Below are positions 21,729 through 34,610 of a stretch of 64,000 nucleotides of DNA, piece after piece. A program made the position numbers and the translations under genes. Positions within the stretch are counted from its first letter, which is position 1; every line of letters starts with the position of its first letter. A model generated the notes under the pieces. That model did not search any database. It had not been told where the DNA came from and was given only the letters and a program-made list of their open reading frames with translations. This stretch comes from an uncultured Actinomycetota bacterium (lineage in GTDB: Bacteria; Actinomycetota; Actinomycetes; Mycobacteriales; Mycobacteriaceae): the NCBI GenBank assembly GCA_963744835.1, contig CAVUVB010000005.1, positions 61,437-125,436 of the forward strand. Reading direction: 5' to 3'.

Positions 21729-22937
21729 ATGACGGTGTCGCGGCTGCGGCCGTACGCAACCACGGTGTTCGCCGAGATGTCGGCGCTGGCGGCCCGGGTC
21801 GGCGCGGTGAACCTCGGGCAGGGATTCCCTGACGAAGACGGGCCGCCGGCAATGCTCAAGGCCGCACAGCAGGCCATCGCCGAGGGCGTGAACCAATACC
21901 CACCGGGAATCGGCATCGCGCCGCTGCGAGAGGCCGTCGCAGCTCAGCGCAAAAGACACTTCGGCGTCGACTACGACCCAGACACCGAGATATTGGTGAC
22001 GGTCGGGGCCACCGAGGCCATCGCGGCGGCGGTGCTCGGGCTGATCGAGCCCGGCTCCGAAGTGATCTTGATCCAGCCGTTCTACGACTCCTACTCGCCG
22101 GTGGTGGCAATGGCCGGTGCCCAGCGGGTCATCGTGCCGCTGGTGCCCCACGGTCGGGGCTTTGCGCTCGACACCGGCGCGTTGCGCCGTGCGGTGACGC
22201 CGCGCACTCGAGCGTTGATCGTGAACTCGCCGCACAACCCCACCGGCACGGTGCTCAGCGAAGGCGAGCTGGCCACCATCGCGCAGGTCGCGGTGGACGC
22301 TGACTTGCTAGTGATTGCCGACGAAGTCTACGAGCATCTGGTATTTGACGGTCGCCGACACGTGCCGTTAGCCGGGTTCGACGGGATGGCCGAGCGGACC
22401 GTGACGATCTCGAGTGCGGCGAAGATGTTCAACTGCACCGGCTGGAAGATCGGATGGGCTTGCGGGCCAGCGGAACTCATCATCGGCGTCCGAGCCGCCA
22501 AGCAGTATCTGAGTTATGTCGGCGGCGCGCCGTTTCAGCCGGCGGTGGCACACGCGCTAAACACCGAGGAAAACTGGGTGGCTGCGCTGCGAACCTCGTT
22601 GCAGGGCAAGCGCGATCGGCTGGCACGTGGACTGGCCGAGGTCGGTTTTCGGGTGCATGACAGCGCGGGCACCTACTTCCTGTGCGCCGACCCGCGTCCG
22701 CTGGGTTACCACGACAGCACGGCGTTTTGCGCGGCGCTACCGGAACGGGTCGGGGTGGCTGCGATCCCGATGACGGCATTCTGTGATCCGGCCACCGACG
22801 ACTACCACGAGTGGAATCACTTGGTGCGGTTTACCTTCTGCAAGCGGGACGACACGCTTGACGAGGCGATCCGCCGGCTGGCGCGCCTGCGAGACGGGTC
22901 GGCTAGCTCGGCCGATCCGAACCAACGACAGCCATAA
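21729..22937 (+). CDS. dapC: N-succinyldiaminopimelate aminotransferase (PLP, class I)
   Basis: NLGQGFPD, NSPHNPTG, DEVYEH, SSAAKMFNCTGWKIGW; synteny with fadA. Confidence 0.88.
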   Translation: MTVSRLRPYATTVFAEMSALAARVGAVNLGQGFPDEDGPPAMLKAAQQAIAEGVNQYPPGIGIAPLREAVAAQRKRHFGVDYDPDTEILVTVGATEAIAAAVLGLIEPGSEVILIQPFYDSYSPVVAMAGAQRVIVPLVPHGRGFALDTGALRRAVTPRTRALIVNSPHNPTGTVLSEGELATIAQVAVDADLLVIADEVYEHLVFDGRRHVPLAGFDGMAERTVTISSAAKMFNCTGWKIGWACGPAELIIGVRAAKQYLSYVGGAPFQPAVAHALNTEENWVAALRTSLQGKRDRLARGLAEVGFRVHDSAGTYFLCADPRPLGYHDSTAFCAALPERVGVAAIPMTAFCDPATDDYHEWNHLVRFTFCKRDDTLDEAIRRLARLRDGSASSADPNQRQP

Positions 22938-23358
22938 CCCGCCGCCGCAGCCCCTCCGTCGCGGCGTGAAGGACTTTCTTGCGGGCCCGGTTCACCAGGA
23001 ACTCCGGCAGTGGCGCCGACGGTTCGAGCGTGATTACGAATCGCACCCGCGTCTTTTCGTCCATTTCGCGCTGCAACGTGTATTCGACATGCTGGGCATG
23101 CTGCTGGAGAGTCTTGTCGGCATCCCACACCAGCCAGTCCGGCCCCCAGTGGTATTCGAGCACTTCGGTGTCGACGATGCCGACAATCCTGACCGTGACC
23201 TTCACATGGTGCGGGCGACCGTCGGGATAGCTGTCAATGACCTCGGCCCGTTTGTGCACCGAGGACCAGGACGGAATCGAGCCGACATCAGCCAGCGTCT
23301 CCAGGATCACCTCCGGCGGCGCCTCGATGACAACCTCTCGCGATGCTTGTACGGCCAC
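22903..23358 (-). CDS. SRPBCC/cyclase-family protein (Rv0856/Rv0857-like)
   Basis: MAVQASREVVIEAPPE...DGRPHHVK...EYHWGPDW; leaderless, TAGCTT -10. Confidence 0.85.
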   Translation of the reverse strand: MAVQASREVVIEAPPEVILETLADVGSIPSWSSVHKRAEVIDSYPDGRPHHVKVTVRIVGIVDTEVLEYHWGPDWLVWDADKTLQQHAQHVEYTLQREMDEKTRVRFVITLEPSAPLPEFLVNRARKKVLHAATEGLRRRVMAVVGSDRPS

Positions 23359-23466
23359 TAATGTCAAGCTAGCAACACGGCGGCCTTCGCGGACCGGGTT
23401 GCGCGGCTATTTCGCCCGATCGAAATATCTCCCGCGGCGCGGCGTGACGGGCCTACCCTGGGGTCT

Positions 23467-24903
23467 GTGCAGCAGCTGAGTTGGACCGATGACATGTTGC
23501 TGCGCGCGGAGCGACCAGCGACGCCGTTGCAGATTCAGATGCTGCTGATCTATGACCCGTCGACCGCCCCGGGCGGCAAGGTGACCTTCAAGGGAATTCT
23601 CGAGGAACTCGACGCCCGGCTGCATCTCTCGGATGTCTTTCGGCGGCGGTTGACCGAGCTGCCGGGCGGTTTCCATAGGCCGTACTGGGTAGACGACCCG
23701 AGCTTCGATCTCGAGTATCACGTCCGTCATATCGGGTTACCCCAGCCTGGTGACTGGCGGCAGCTCTGTATCCAGGTCGCGCGGTTGCATGCCCGACAGA
23801 TCGACCTGCGACGTCCGCCGTGGGAGATCACAGTCATCGAGGGATTGAATTCCGTGCCGGGAGTCCCGAAGGGCTCGTTCGCGATGGCGTTGAAGTTGCA
23901 CCACTGCGCCGTCGACGGCATGGCGAGCGTTCAGATGATCGCGGCAATGCACGACCTTGCCGCTGATGGCCCACGCCCCGCCGGACCCGACAGCCCCTGG
24001 CGCCCCGCCCCTCTTCCAACGACCGCAAACTTACTCTCGCGCACGGCGATTAACGCAGCGCTCCATCCTTTGCGGGCGGGCGCCACGCTCGCCTCGAGCG
24101 CCCCCAAGGTAGCCCGCGGATTAGCCGGCCTGCCGGGCAAGCTGGTCGGCGGTGTCGCATCCAGAGTCGCCCAGGGTAATGTGCCGTCGTTTCCACCGAA
24201 GACCCGTTTCAACCAAACAGCGTCGCCGCACCGTGTCTTCGAGGCGCGCTTCCACGATCTCGCCGATTTCAAGCGGATCAAGGCGAGGGTGCCCGGCGCG
24301 ACCATCAACGACGTGGCGCTCGCCTACGTGGGCGGCGCCCTTCGCGAATATCTGGATCGCCACGACGAGCTTCCCGACGAGTCGCTTGTCGCGGCGTGCC
24401 CGATGTCGCTGCGCGACAAGGGCGACGAGACCAGCCAGGGAAACGCGTTGTTCGGCCGGTTGCAGAGCCTCGGTACCGACATCGTCGATCCGGCCGAACG
24501 GCTTGCCATTATCGCTGCGTCGACTGCCGGCAGCCGTTCGGGGTCGGATCAGTCGACCGGGACTCAGCTGCTCGATCTGATTGGAACAGTGCCAACCGCA
24601 CTGCTCGGAGTGACTGCCAAGGCGGCCAGCGCGCTTCCGTTCTCCGGCCCGACGGTCGCCAACACCACCGTGACTAATGTGCCAGGTCCAACCGAGCCGA
24701 TCTTTTTCAGCGGTGCGCGACTCGTACGCGCCGCCGGTCTCGGGCCGCTGATCGGTGGCTTGAACCTCATCCATGTGGTCGCGAGTTACAACGGAACGTT
24801 GTCGATCAGCGCTACTGCGGATCGCGACGCCCTGCCGGACCCGGCGACATATGCCGAATGTATGCAGCAGGCCTTTCAGGAGTTGCTCGCGGGCGCGGGC
24901 TGA
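23467..24903 (+). CDS. Wax ester synthase/diacylglycerol acyltransferase (WS/DGAT)
   Basis: PYWVDDPSFDLEYHVR, HHCAVDG catalytic motif, TINDV, TNVPGP. Confidence 0.92.
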   Translation: MQQLSWTDDMLLRAERPATPLQIQMLLIYDPSTAPGGKVTFKGILEELDARLHLSDVFRRRLTELPGGFHRPYWVDDPSFDLEYHVRHIGLPQPGDWRQLCIQVARLHARQIDLRRPPWEITVIEGLNSVPGVPKGSFAMALKLHHCAVDGMASVQMIAAMHDLAADGPRPAGPDSPWRPAPLPTTANLLSRTAINAALHPLRAGATLASSAPKVARGLAGLPGKLVGGVASRVAQGNVPSFPPKTRFNQTASPHRVFEARFHDLADFKRIKARVPGATINDVALAYVGGALREYLDRHDELPDESLVAACPMSLRDKGDETSQGNALFGRLQSLGTDIVDPAERLAIIAASTAGSRSGSDQSTGTQLLDLIGTVPTALLGVTAKAASALPFSGPTVANTTVTNVPGPTEPIFFSGARLVRAAGLGPLIGGLNLIHVVASYNGTLSISATADRDALPDPATYAECMQQAFQELLAGAG

Positions 24904-24927
24904 GCTGTTGGTTGAGCCTTACACCGG

Positions 24928-25383
24928 CTATTGCGGCCGATCCGACCCGACGATGCTGGTGACCTGGTTGCGCAATCCGGTGGTCGCAGCATCCAACACG
25001 ATCTCGCTGGCCCGCCTGACGATGAATGCGGGAACGGGACCCGATGGTTCCACGGTGATATCGAAACGCACCCGCGTCTTATCGACGCCCACCCGCTGCA
25101 GGTTGTACTCCACGTGCTGCCCACGCTGCTGGAAAGTGTCGTCGGCATCCCAGATCACCCAATCGGGTCCCCAGTGATATTCCAGGATCTCGTTGTCGAC
25201 GAGCCCGAAGATCTTGATGGTGGCCTTCACATGATGGGGGCGACCGTCGGCGTACCAGTCGAGCACCTCGATCCGTTTGTGTACCGGCGACCACGACGAC
25301 AAAGCTCCGACGTCGGCCAGCGCCTCCAGGATTACCTCCGGCGGCGCGTCGATGAGAATCTCTCGCGATGCTTGTACGGCCAC
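24928..25383 (-). CDS. SRPBCC/cyclase-family protein, paralog of 22903-23358
   Basis: Same N-terminus, EYHWGPDW motif and leaderless TAGCTT promoter. Confidence 0.85.
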   Translation of the reverse strand: MAVQASREILIDAPPEVILEALADVGALSSWSPVHKRIEVLDWYADGRPHHVKATIKIFGLVDNEILEYHWGPDWVIWDADDTFQQRGQHVEYNLQRVGVDKTRVRFDITVEPSGPVPAFIVRRASEIVLDAATTGLRNQVTSIVGSDRPQ

Positions 25384-25422
25384 TACGTCAAAGCTAGCAA
25401 GGCGACACGGCTAACGGGCCGA

Positions 25423-26495
25423 TTACCAGCCGATTTCGTTTAGCGGCGTGGTTGCCGGCGGCGGCCGCCCGACCGGGCCGGACGGTGTGCGGGAGAACCG
25501 GGGCGCGGGTGCGGCCTGGTCGACACCTCCTGTGTTGATCACGGTCGCGCGTGCGGACAGATGCGGGTCGTCGGCGGCCTCACTCCACGTCAACACCGGG
25601 GTGACACACGCATCGGTGCCGGCGAATATCGTTGCCCACTCGTCGCGGGTCTTGCTGGCGAACCGCGCGGTGAAAACTTCGAGCATCCGCGGATAGGACC
25701 CGATCTCGAGCTGGCCGGGCACCTCTTCGGCGGACAAGCCCAAGCCCGGCGAGCAGTTCGGCGAAGAACTGCGGCTCGATTGCGCCGACGGCCACGTACT
25801 TGCCGTCGGCGGTCTCATAGCAGCGATAGAACGGGGCGCCGCCGTCGAGCAAAAATGCTTCGCGCTCGTCCCGCAGCGCACCGGTCGACTTCATCGTCCA
25901 CATCATCTGCGCCAACACGCTGACGCCGTCGACCATCGCGGCGTCCACGACCTGGCCGACCCCCGATCGCTCCCGCTCGTAGAGTGCGGCCACGATGCCC
26001 AGCAGCACGAACATCGAGCCGCCGCCGAAGTCGGCGACCAGGTTCAGCGGCGGCATCGGCGGCCGGTCGCGGTAGCCCAGCGCCGACAGCGCCCCGGTCG
26101 CAGACAGGTAGTTGATGTCGTGGCCCGCGGTGCTGGCCCGCGGGCCATCCTGTCCCCAGCCGGTGATGCGCGCGAAGATCAGCCGCGGGTTGACCGTTGC
26201 GCAGTCGTCGGGGCCCAATGCCGAGCCGCTCGCAGGTGCCCGGCCGAAAGCAGTCCAACAGCACATCCGCCTTGGCGACCAACTCCAGCAGGGTCTGGGG
26301 TTGGGTCTTGACGTCTAGGTCCACGATCCGCTTTCCGCGGTGCAGCAGATCGCGGTCTTCGGCCGGCATCGTCAGCCCGCCGGGACGACGCACCCGAACC
26401 ACATCGGCGCCCAGATCGGCCAGCACCATCGCCGGCGTGCGGGCCCGGCCCGATGCCGCCGAGTTCGATGACGCGTACTCCGGCCAGCGGCCCGG

Positions 26496-26499
<4 letters not shown>
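25423..26499 (-). pseudogene. far: Fatty-acyl-CoA racemase Far (CaiB/BaiF family), split by ~3 frameshifts (possibly sequencing errors)
   Basis: [36 protein letters not shown] and APAPRFSRT lie in successive frames. Confidence 0.82.
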
Positions 26500-28697
<2,198 letters not shown>

Positions 28698-28709
28698 GCC
28701 GACGGTAGC

Positions 28710-28895
28710 TCAGGTGCGCACGCCGCTCCGCTTCTCGTTCGGTGCGCCCAGCAGCGAGCGCAGTGTGCGCCGGCAGCGGCCGCATTCGGCGCCCGCCCCG
28801 CACGCCGCGGCGATCTCATTGGTCGTCGACGCCCCGTTGGCGATGGCATCGGCAACCACCTGACTGGTGATGCCGTTACACAGACAGACGAACAT
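28710..28895 (-). CDS. bfd: Bfd-like [2Fe-2S] ferredoxin
   Basis: MFVCLCNG...GAECGRC. Confidence 0.85.
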   Translation of the reverse strand: MFVCLCNGITSQVVADAIANGASTTNEIAAACGAGAECGRCRRTLRSLLGAPNEKRSGVRT

Positions 28896-28907
28896 CGAGT
28901 GGTCCGT

Positions 28908-29537
28908 TCACCCGTCGATCCGCATCATGTCGAAGAACTTGCCCACGAACACCGGCGGGTAAGCACCCACCCCGGCCCCGGTTATCCACGGGGCAGCCGC
29001 GTCGGGATGTTCGATCCATTCCCGTGCCCGGTCCTCGTCGTCGAGCTCCTGCAGAATCATCACTTCCTGCCCGTCGTCGAAAGCCTGGAAAATCCAGGTC
29101 TTTCGCACACCCGCCGCAGTGAATCTGCCCATCGCCCTGCGGACTTCCTCGGTCAACACAGACACGTCGTCGACCGACGCGATGGCCGCTATCACCACGC
29201 CAGGAGCCTCGGGGTTCGACGGTGGTGACGGCTCAAACCGCTTGACGATCTCGCCGGCGAAGACCGCCGGAATGTCCTCGACGCCAACCGCGTCGAACCA
29301 GTCGAAGAAGACCCGCGACCGCAGCAGTTCCCTGATCGGCTCCCGGCTGCGCACGACGATGGTCACCAACACCCGGCCATAGTCATGGGTCGAGGTGTAG
29401 ACCAGCACCCTCTGCGCGCCGATGCCGGCGAGTTCTTTTTTCCGGCGTTGAAGCAGCGGCCACACCCGTTCCGGCTTGGGCACGCGATAGTCCGAGGTGA
29501 TGACTATCGAATGCGAACGAGGCTCTGTGGTGCTCAC
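28908..29537 (-). CDS. Conserved protein with an internal duplication (resembles the C-terminal part of Mtb Rv0852 'FadD16')
   Basis: GTG at 29537 overlaps the ligase stop (GTGA); two similar halves ending ...GVEDIPAVFAGE and ...GVGAYPPVFVGK. Confidence 0.75.
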   Translation of the reverse strand: MSTTEPRSHSIVITSDYRVPKPERVWPLLQRRKKELAGIGAQRVLVYTSTHDYGRVLVTIVVRSREPIRELLRSRVFFDWFDAVGVEDIPAVFAGEIVKRFEPSPPSNPEAPGVVIAAIASVDDVSVLTEEVRRAMGRFTAAGVRKTWIFQAFDDGQEVMILQELDDEDRAREWIEHPDAAAPWITGAGVGAYPPVFVGKFFDMMRIDG

Positions 29538-30977
29538 CGGAGTTGATCCTTCATCACCTTCCCGGTGGCGTTCAGCGGCAACTGATCGAGAAAGGCGACG
29601 TATCGCGGAGCCTTGAACCCGGCCATCCGCTCGACGGCACCAGGCGATCAAATCCTGCTCAGAAACCTGGGTTTTCGGCACCACAAACGCCTTGCCCACC
29701 TGGCCGAGCCGCTCGTCGGGGACACCGATCACCGCAACCTGAGCTACCGCGGGATGTTCTAGCATGAAGCCCTCGATCTCAGCCGGGTAGGCGTTGAATC
29801 CGCCGACGATGAACATGTCCTTCTTACGCCCGACGATCCGCAACCGGCCGGATTCGTCGAAGTTCCCCAAGTCTCCGGTGTGCAGCCAGCCGTCGCCATC
29901 GATCGCCTGCGCGGTGGCCTCCGGCTCGTCCAGGTAGCCCTGCATGACGCCGTAGCCGCGAACCAGCACCTCGCCGTCGTCGGCGATGCGCACCTCGACA
30001 CCCTCGCAGGGCAGGCCCGCGGTGGTGGCCACATCCTCGAAGGAATCGCCGGGCCGCGACAAGGTGACGTTGCCCGCCTCGGTCAGGCCGTAACCGGTCA
30101 TCAACGTCTGGAACGGCAGGTCGCTGTGTATCCGACGAACCAGTTCGACCGGGATGTCAGCGGCGCCGGTCACACCCGCCCGCAACGTCGACAGCTTGGC
30201 CTTGTCGCGAACTGCCAGCAGCGAATGGTACAGCGTCGGCGGGCCGGGCAGCATCGTGATGCGTTCGCGCTCAATGAGATCCACCACCTCGTCGACGTCG
30301 AACACCGCGACCGGCAGCATCGTCGCACCACGCAGGAAGGACGTGATGAGTCCCGCTTTCAAGCCGAAGGTGTGGAAGTACGGGTTGATCTGCAGATAGC
30401 GGTCGCCCTCGCGCAGATCAGCGAGCGTCGCCCACTCCTCGTACATTCGCAGCGTCTGGCGATGATTCATCATCGCGCCCTTCGGGCGGCCGGTCGTGCC
30501 CGAGGTGAAGATGATGTCCGAGATGTCGGTGCCGCTCACCGCCCGCTCGAACGGCGAACCGCTGGAAAGGAAGTCGGATTTCAGGTCGATCGGCCGGTAT
30601 CCCGGCGGGGGCGGTGTATTCCTGGCCGAGGAATCCCTTCTGCACCAGGACGGCCTTCGCCCCGCTGCGGGTGATGACGTCGGCCGCTTCCTCGGTCTTG
30701 AACCGCGTGTTGACCGGAACGAGCACGCCGCCCGCGGTCAGCAGCCCGAACGCCGCGATGATCCACTCCGCGGAGTTGGGCGCCCAGATCGCGACCCGCT
30801 CGCCCTTACCGACACCGAGCTCAGCGAACGCACCTGCGGCGCAGCGAATTCGCTCGACCAACTCGAGTAAAGGTGAAGCGCAGCGGACCGTCGACAACCG
30901 CTTCCGCGTCGCCGAAGCGGTCCGCCGCGCTCAAGACCATCTCGGGGATGGTCTCCCACCGGCGCAGCGTGCGTCAC
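29534..30977 (-). pseudogene. FadD3-like acyl-CoA synthetase with several frameshifts (possibly sequencing errors)
   Basis: IIFTSGTTGRPKG, GYGLTE, GWLHTGD, GGFNAYPAEIE; native C-terminus LNATGKVMKDQLR* is in another frame. Confidence 0.8.
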
Positions 30978-32165
30978 ACCGTGACGAGCCGACCGAGGTT
31001 GCCGCCCATGATCTTTGCCTGATCCTCGACGGAGAGGTGCGCCAGCGCGTTGACGTAGTGCGTCGGCTCCGCCAGCCCTTCCGGGTGCGGCCAGTCCGAG
31101 CCGTACAGCACCTGGTCCACACCGATGAGGTTGACCAGATCGTCGATGCCCTCCTCGTAGAACGGGCTGACGTGGATTCGGTTCTTGATCATCTCGATCG
31201 GGTCGCTCGGGAAAGCCTCCGGCGCCTTCTTGTAGACCTCGGCCATGCCGTCCAGCAGCGGGGACATCCACTTCGAGCCGGCCTCGACGATCGCGACCTT
31301 CAGCTTGGGAAGCGGAACAGCGCGCCGTGGATCACCCACGACCCCACCGCGTCCTGGATCGGGCGCCACTCGTTGAGGATGCCCATCGCATTGGTCTGGA
31401 ACGGCAGCATCTCCTGGTCGGCACCGTCCCACTCGGAGGTGTAGCGGGAGTAGCCGCTGTCGCTGGAGTGCATGCCGACCAGCACGTCGTACTCGACGAC
31501 ACCGCTCCCAGAACGGGTCGAACTCGGGCAGCGCGAACGACCGCGGGCCGCGGAAGCCGGGCACCGGAGCCGGGCGGACCAGGATGCAGCGCGCACCACG
31601 CTTGACCGCCCACTCCAGCTCCTCGATCGCCTTCTCGACGATCGGCAGGGTGATCACCGGGGTGGTGAAGATCCGGTTCTGGTAGTTGAAGCCCCAGACC
31701 TCGTCGAGCCACTCGTTCAGCGCATGGATGAGGACGTGGATGGCGACCGGGTCGTCGCGCAGCCGCTCCTCGATCAGGCTGGCCAGCGTCGGGAACATCA
31801 GCGTGCGGTCGAGACCCAGCTCGTTCATCTTCTCCAGGCGCGGGCCGGGCTCGAAGAACGCCGGGATCGCCCGCATCGGCTCACCGAACAGCTCGCGCTT
31901 GCTCTTGCCGTCGGGGTTGCCGAACTTGAAGTACTCCTCCCAGGCGCCCGGCTTGGCGACGACCGCGAAGGTCGGGTTCGGGATGTAGTTGCTGATCTGG
32001 CCGCGGAGCGCGATCTTGGTGCGCCCGTTGATCTGCACGTACTGGACGAAGTCCTTGTACTCCTTGGGCAGGAACTTGGTCAGCGCCTCCGGCGGCTCGT
32101 AGAGGTGGTTGTCCGCGTCGAAGAGCGGAAACGGGATGTCGACCCGATGCGACAAGCTGACCCAT
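30974..32165 (-). pseudogene. Amidohydrolase-2-family protein with frameshifts (~32152, ~31500, ~31305)
   Basis: FDADNH, VGMH, YGSDWPHPEG metal-binding motifs; RBS AAAGGAGG. Confidence 0.82.
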
Positions 32166-32185
32166 GAAATCCTCCTTTGCATCTT

Positions 32186-32204
32186 GTGAGAATCCTATTC
32201 TCAC
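32186..32204. promoter_or_regulatory. Perfect operator palindrome GTGAGAAT-CCT-ATTCTCAC
   Basis: 8-bp perfect arms ~20 nt upstream of the amidohydrolase start; same motif as other promoters in this region. Confidence 0.8.
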
Positions 32205-32212
32205 TCAGACGG

Positions 32213-33761
32213 CTACCGCAATGACTCTCCAGCCACGTGCACCAGACGCTTCTGCACCTTGCCGCTCGCGCGTGCGCGGATAGTCGTCGACTTCGTGCAA
32301 AACTTCCGGCCATTTCTGACGAGCCACGCCCTTGGCCGGCGAAGTGCGCCCGAACCTCGTCTTCGGTCGGCATCACGTGGCCCGGTCTTGAGCCGCAGCA
32401 CGGCGGCGGCCCGCTCGCCGAGACCGGCGTCGGGCGCCGCGACCACCACCGCCTCGGCGACTGCCGGCATCCCGAGCAGCACCTCTTCGACCTCCACGCG
32501 CGCTGATGTTCTCGCCGCCGCGGATGATGACGTCGGCCTTGCGGTCGGTGATGGTCAGGTAGCCGTCGTCGTCGAGCACGCCGACGTCGCCGGTGCGATA
32601 CCAGCCGTCGTCGTCGAAGGCGGCCGCGGTCAGCGCATCGTCGGTGTAGCCCAGGCACAGGTCGGGCCGCGGCTGAAGATCTCGCCGTCCGGCGCCGAGC
32701 CGGATCTCCACGCCGGGCATCGGACAGCCGTCGGTGAGCAGGCGCTTGTCCTCGGGCGCATCCAGAGCTCGAACCGGTGATCGACGGGTGCTCGCTGCTG
32801 CCGTAGGACCGGAACACGATAGATGCCCAGATCGGCCAGCCGTCGGGTCACCGCCGCCGGGACCGTCGACCCGCCGAGCCCGACGGTCTTGATCTGGGCC
32901 CGATGCTCGGGGGTGCAAGTCGGGATGGTCGAGCAGGCTGGTGACGAAGTACGGCGGCCCGCCGCCGATCGTGAGGCCGTCGCGCTCCATCAAGGCCAGC
33001 ACCTCGCCGGGGTCCCAGACGTCGAACAGATCGATCGACGCGCCGTCGAGGACCGGGATCAGGAAAGCGCCGAGCATGCCGATGAAGTGGCCGACCGGTG
33101 TCGCGGTCAGCTGGCTGCCGCCGGTCGGGCGTGTAGTCTGGCCGGCAGCTGGCGGGTCTCGCAGACCAGGCGTCTGATGGCTGTGGATGACGCCCTTGGG
33201 CGCGCTGGTCGTGCCGGAGGTGAAGGCGATCAGGGCCGGGTCCGGCCGGGTCGGCGGCAAGGGTGCCGGCCATCGGCTCGTCGGCGAGCAGATCGTCGAA
33301 GTCACTGCCCGACCAGCCCGACGATCGGAACGTCCGCGCACAGGTCGGGCTGATAGGTCATCCGGCCGAACTCCTCGGCGGTGATGAACACCTTCGGTTT
33401 GGCGGCAGGCCAGGATGTGGCCAGCTCCTTGCGGCCGTAGAAGTGCACGATCGGCACCAGCGCCGCGCCGAGGAACGCCGACGCCCAGAACGTCGCGGCG
33501 GCCTCCATCCAGTTCGGCAGCTGGAATGCCACCACGTCACCCGGCGCCGACGCCACGGGCGCGCAGCCCGGCGGCAAGCCGGCGGGCAACCTGCTCGACG
33601 TCGCGGAAGGTGCCCGACCATGGCCGAACGGCCGAGTGCACCCGAAACCGCGCGTCCGGAGCGGCGGCCAGCCCAGCGGCCAGCACCTGCCCGAGGGTCT
33701 CGCGGGTCCACCAGCCCGCGTCCTCATAGCGCGTGACCAGTTCGACGGGAATATTGCGCAT
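32213..33761 (-). pseudogene. AMP-binding acyl-CoA ligase (cyclohexanecarboxylate-CoA ligase-like), heavily frameshifted
   Basis: MRNIPVELVTRYEDAGWW, FQLPNW, AFTSGTTSAPKG, SYGSSEHP, WYRTGD, IIRGGENIS and SGKVQK spread across frames; 3' end approximate. Confidence 0.78.
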
Positions 33762-33818
33762 TGGCTCAAGGCTCCGACCGGCAAACGTTATGGTCATCGA
33801 AAAGCTGTCGATTCAATG

Positions 33819-33855
33819 GGCGATGCTATTCTCCGCTGAGGAGAATGCCAATATC
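33819..33855. promoter_or_regulatory. Tandem GAGAAT-N3-ATTCTC-type sites (22-bp period)
   Basis: GGCGAT-GCT-ATTCTC (33819) and GAGAAT-GCC-AATATC (33841) in the ligase/hydratase divergent region. Confidence 0.7.
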
Positions 33856-33873
33856 GCCGATGGGAAGCGGCGC

Positions 33874-34610
33874 ATGGTCGACGTCGAGTTCGACGAGGGT
33901 CTGGCGGTGCTCACCATCGACCGGCCGCACGCCCGCAACGCCATCTCGCTGGACACGATGGACCAGCTGGAGAAGGCGCTCGACGCGGCCGAGGGCGCCA
34001 GCGCGCTCGTCATCACCGGCGCCGGCGACCGGGCGTTCGTGTCCGGCGGCGACCTCAAGGAACTCAGCGCGATCCGGACCGAGCGAAGACGCGGCGGCGA
34101 TGGCGTGGCGGATGCGATCGATCTGCGACCGGATCGCCGAGCTTCCCCGCGCCGGTGATCGCCGCGCTCAACGGTCACGCCCTGGGCGGTGGCGCCGAGG
34201 TCGCGGTGGCCGCCGACATCCGGCTGGCCGCCGACGACATCAAGATCGGGTTCAACCAGGTGGCGCTGGAGATCATGCCGGCCTGGGGCGGCGCCGAGCG
34301 GCTGGCCGCGTTGGTCGGCAAGAGCAGGGCACTGCTGCTGGCCGGCACCGGCATCGTGCTCGACGCCGCGCACGCCGAACGCATCGGGCTGGTCGACCAG
34401 GTGCTGCCGCGGTCCACCTTCGACGAGGACTGGCGACGAGTGGCCCGCGCTCTGTCGGCCCGTCCCGCCGGCGAGATCAAGCGTGTCATCGACGGGGTCT
34501 CCCCCGAGGAAGCGGTGGATGCGTTTGCGCGGCTGTGGGTTCGCGACGCGCACTGGCAGGCCGCCGATCGGGTGATGAACCGCAGCGCCAAAGTAGGAGG
34601 TGCGATGTGA
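33874..34610 (+). CDS. Enoyl-CoA hydratase/isomerase, frameshifted ~34085-34150
   Basis: LTIDRPHARNAI, FVSGGDL, IAALNGHALGGGAE. Confidence 0.82.

Noticed and set aside
28908-30539. 543-aa ligase fusion ORF in the ORF track
   Set aside because: Produced by a frameshift near 29630; the ligase's own C-terminus and stop exist in another frame
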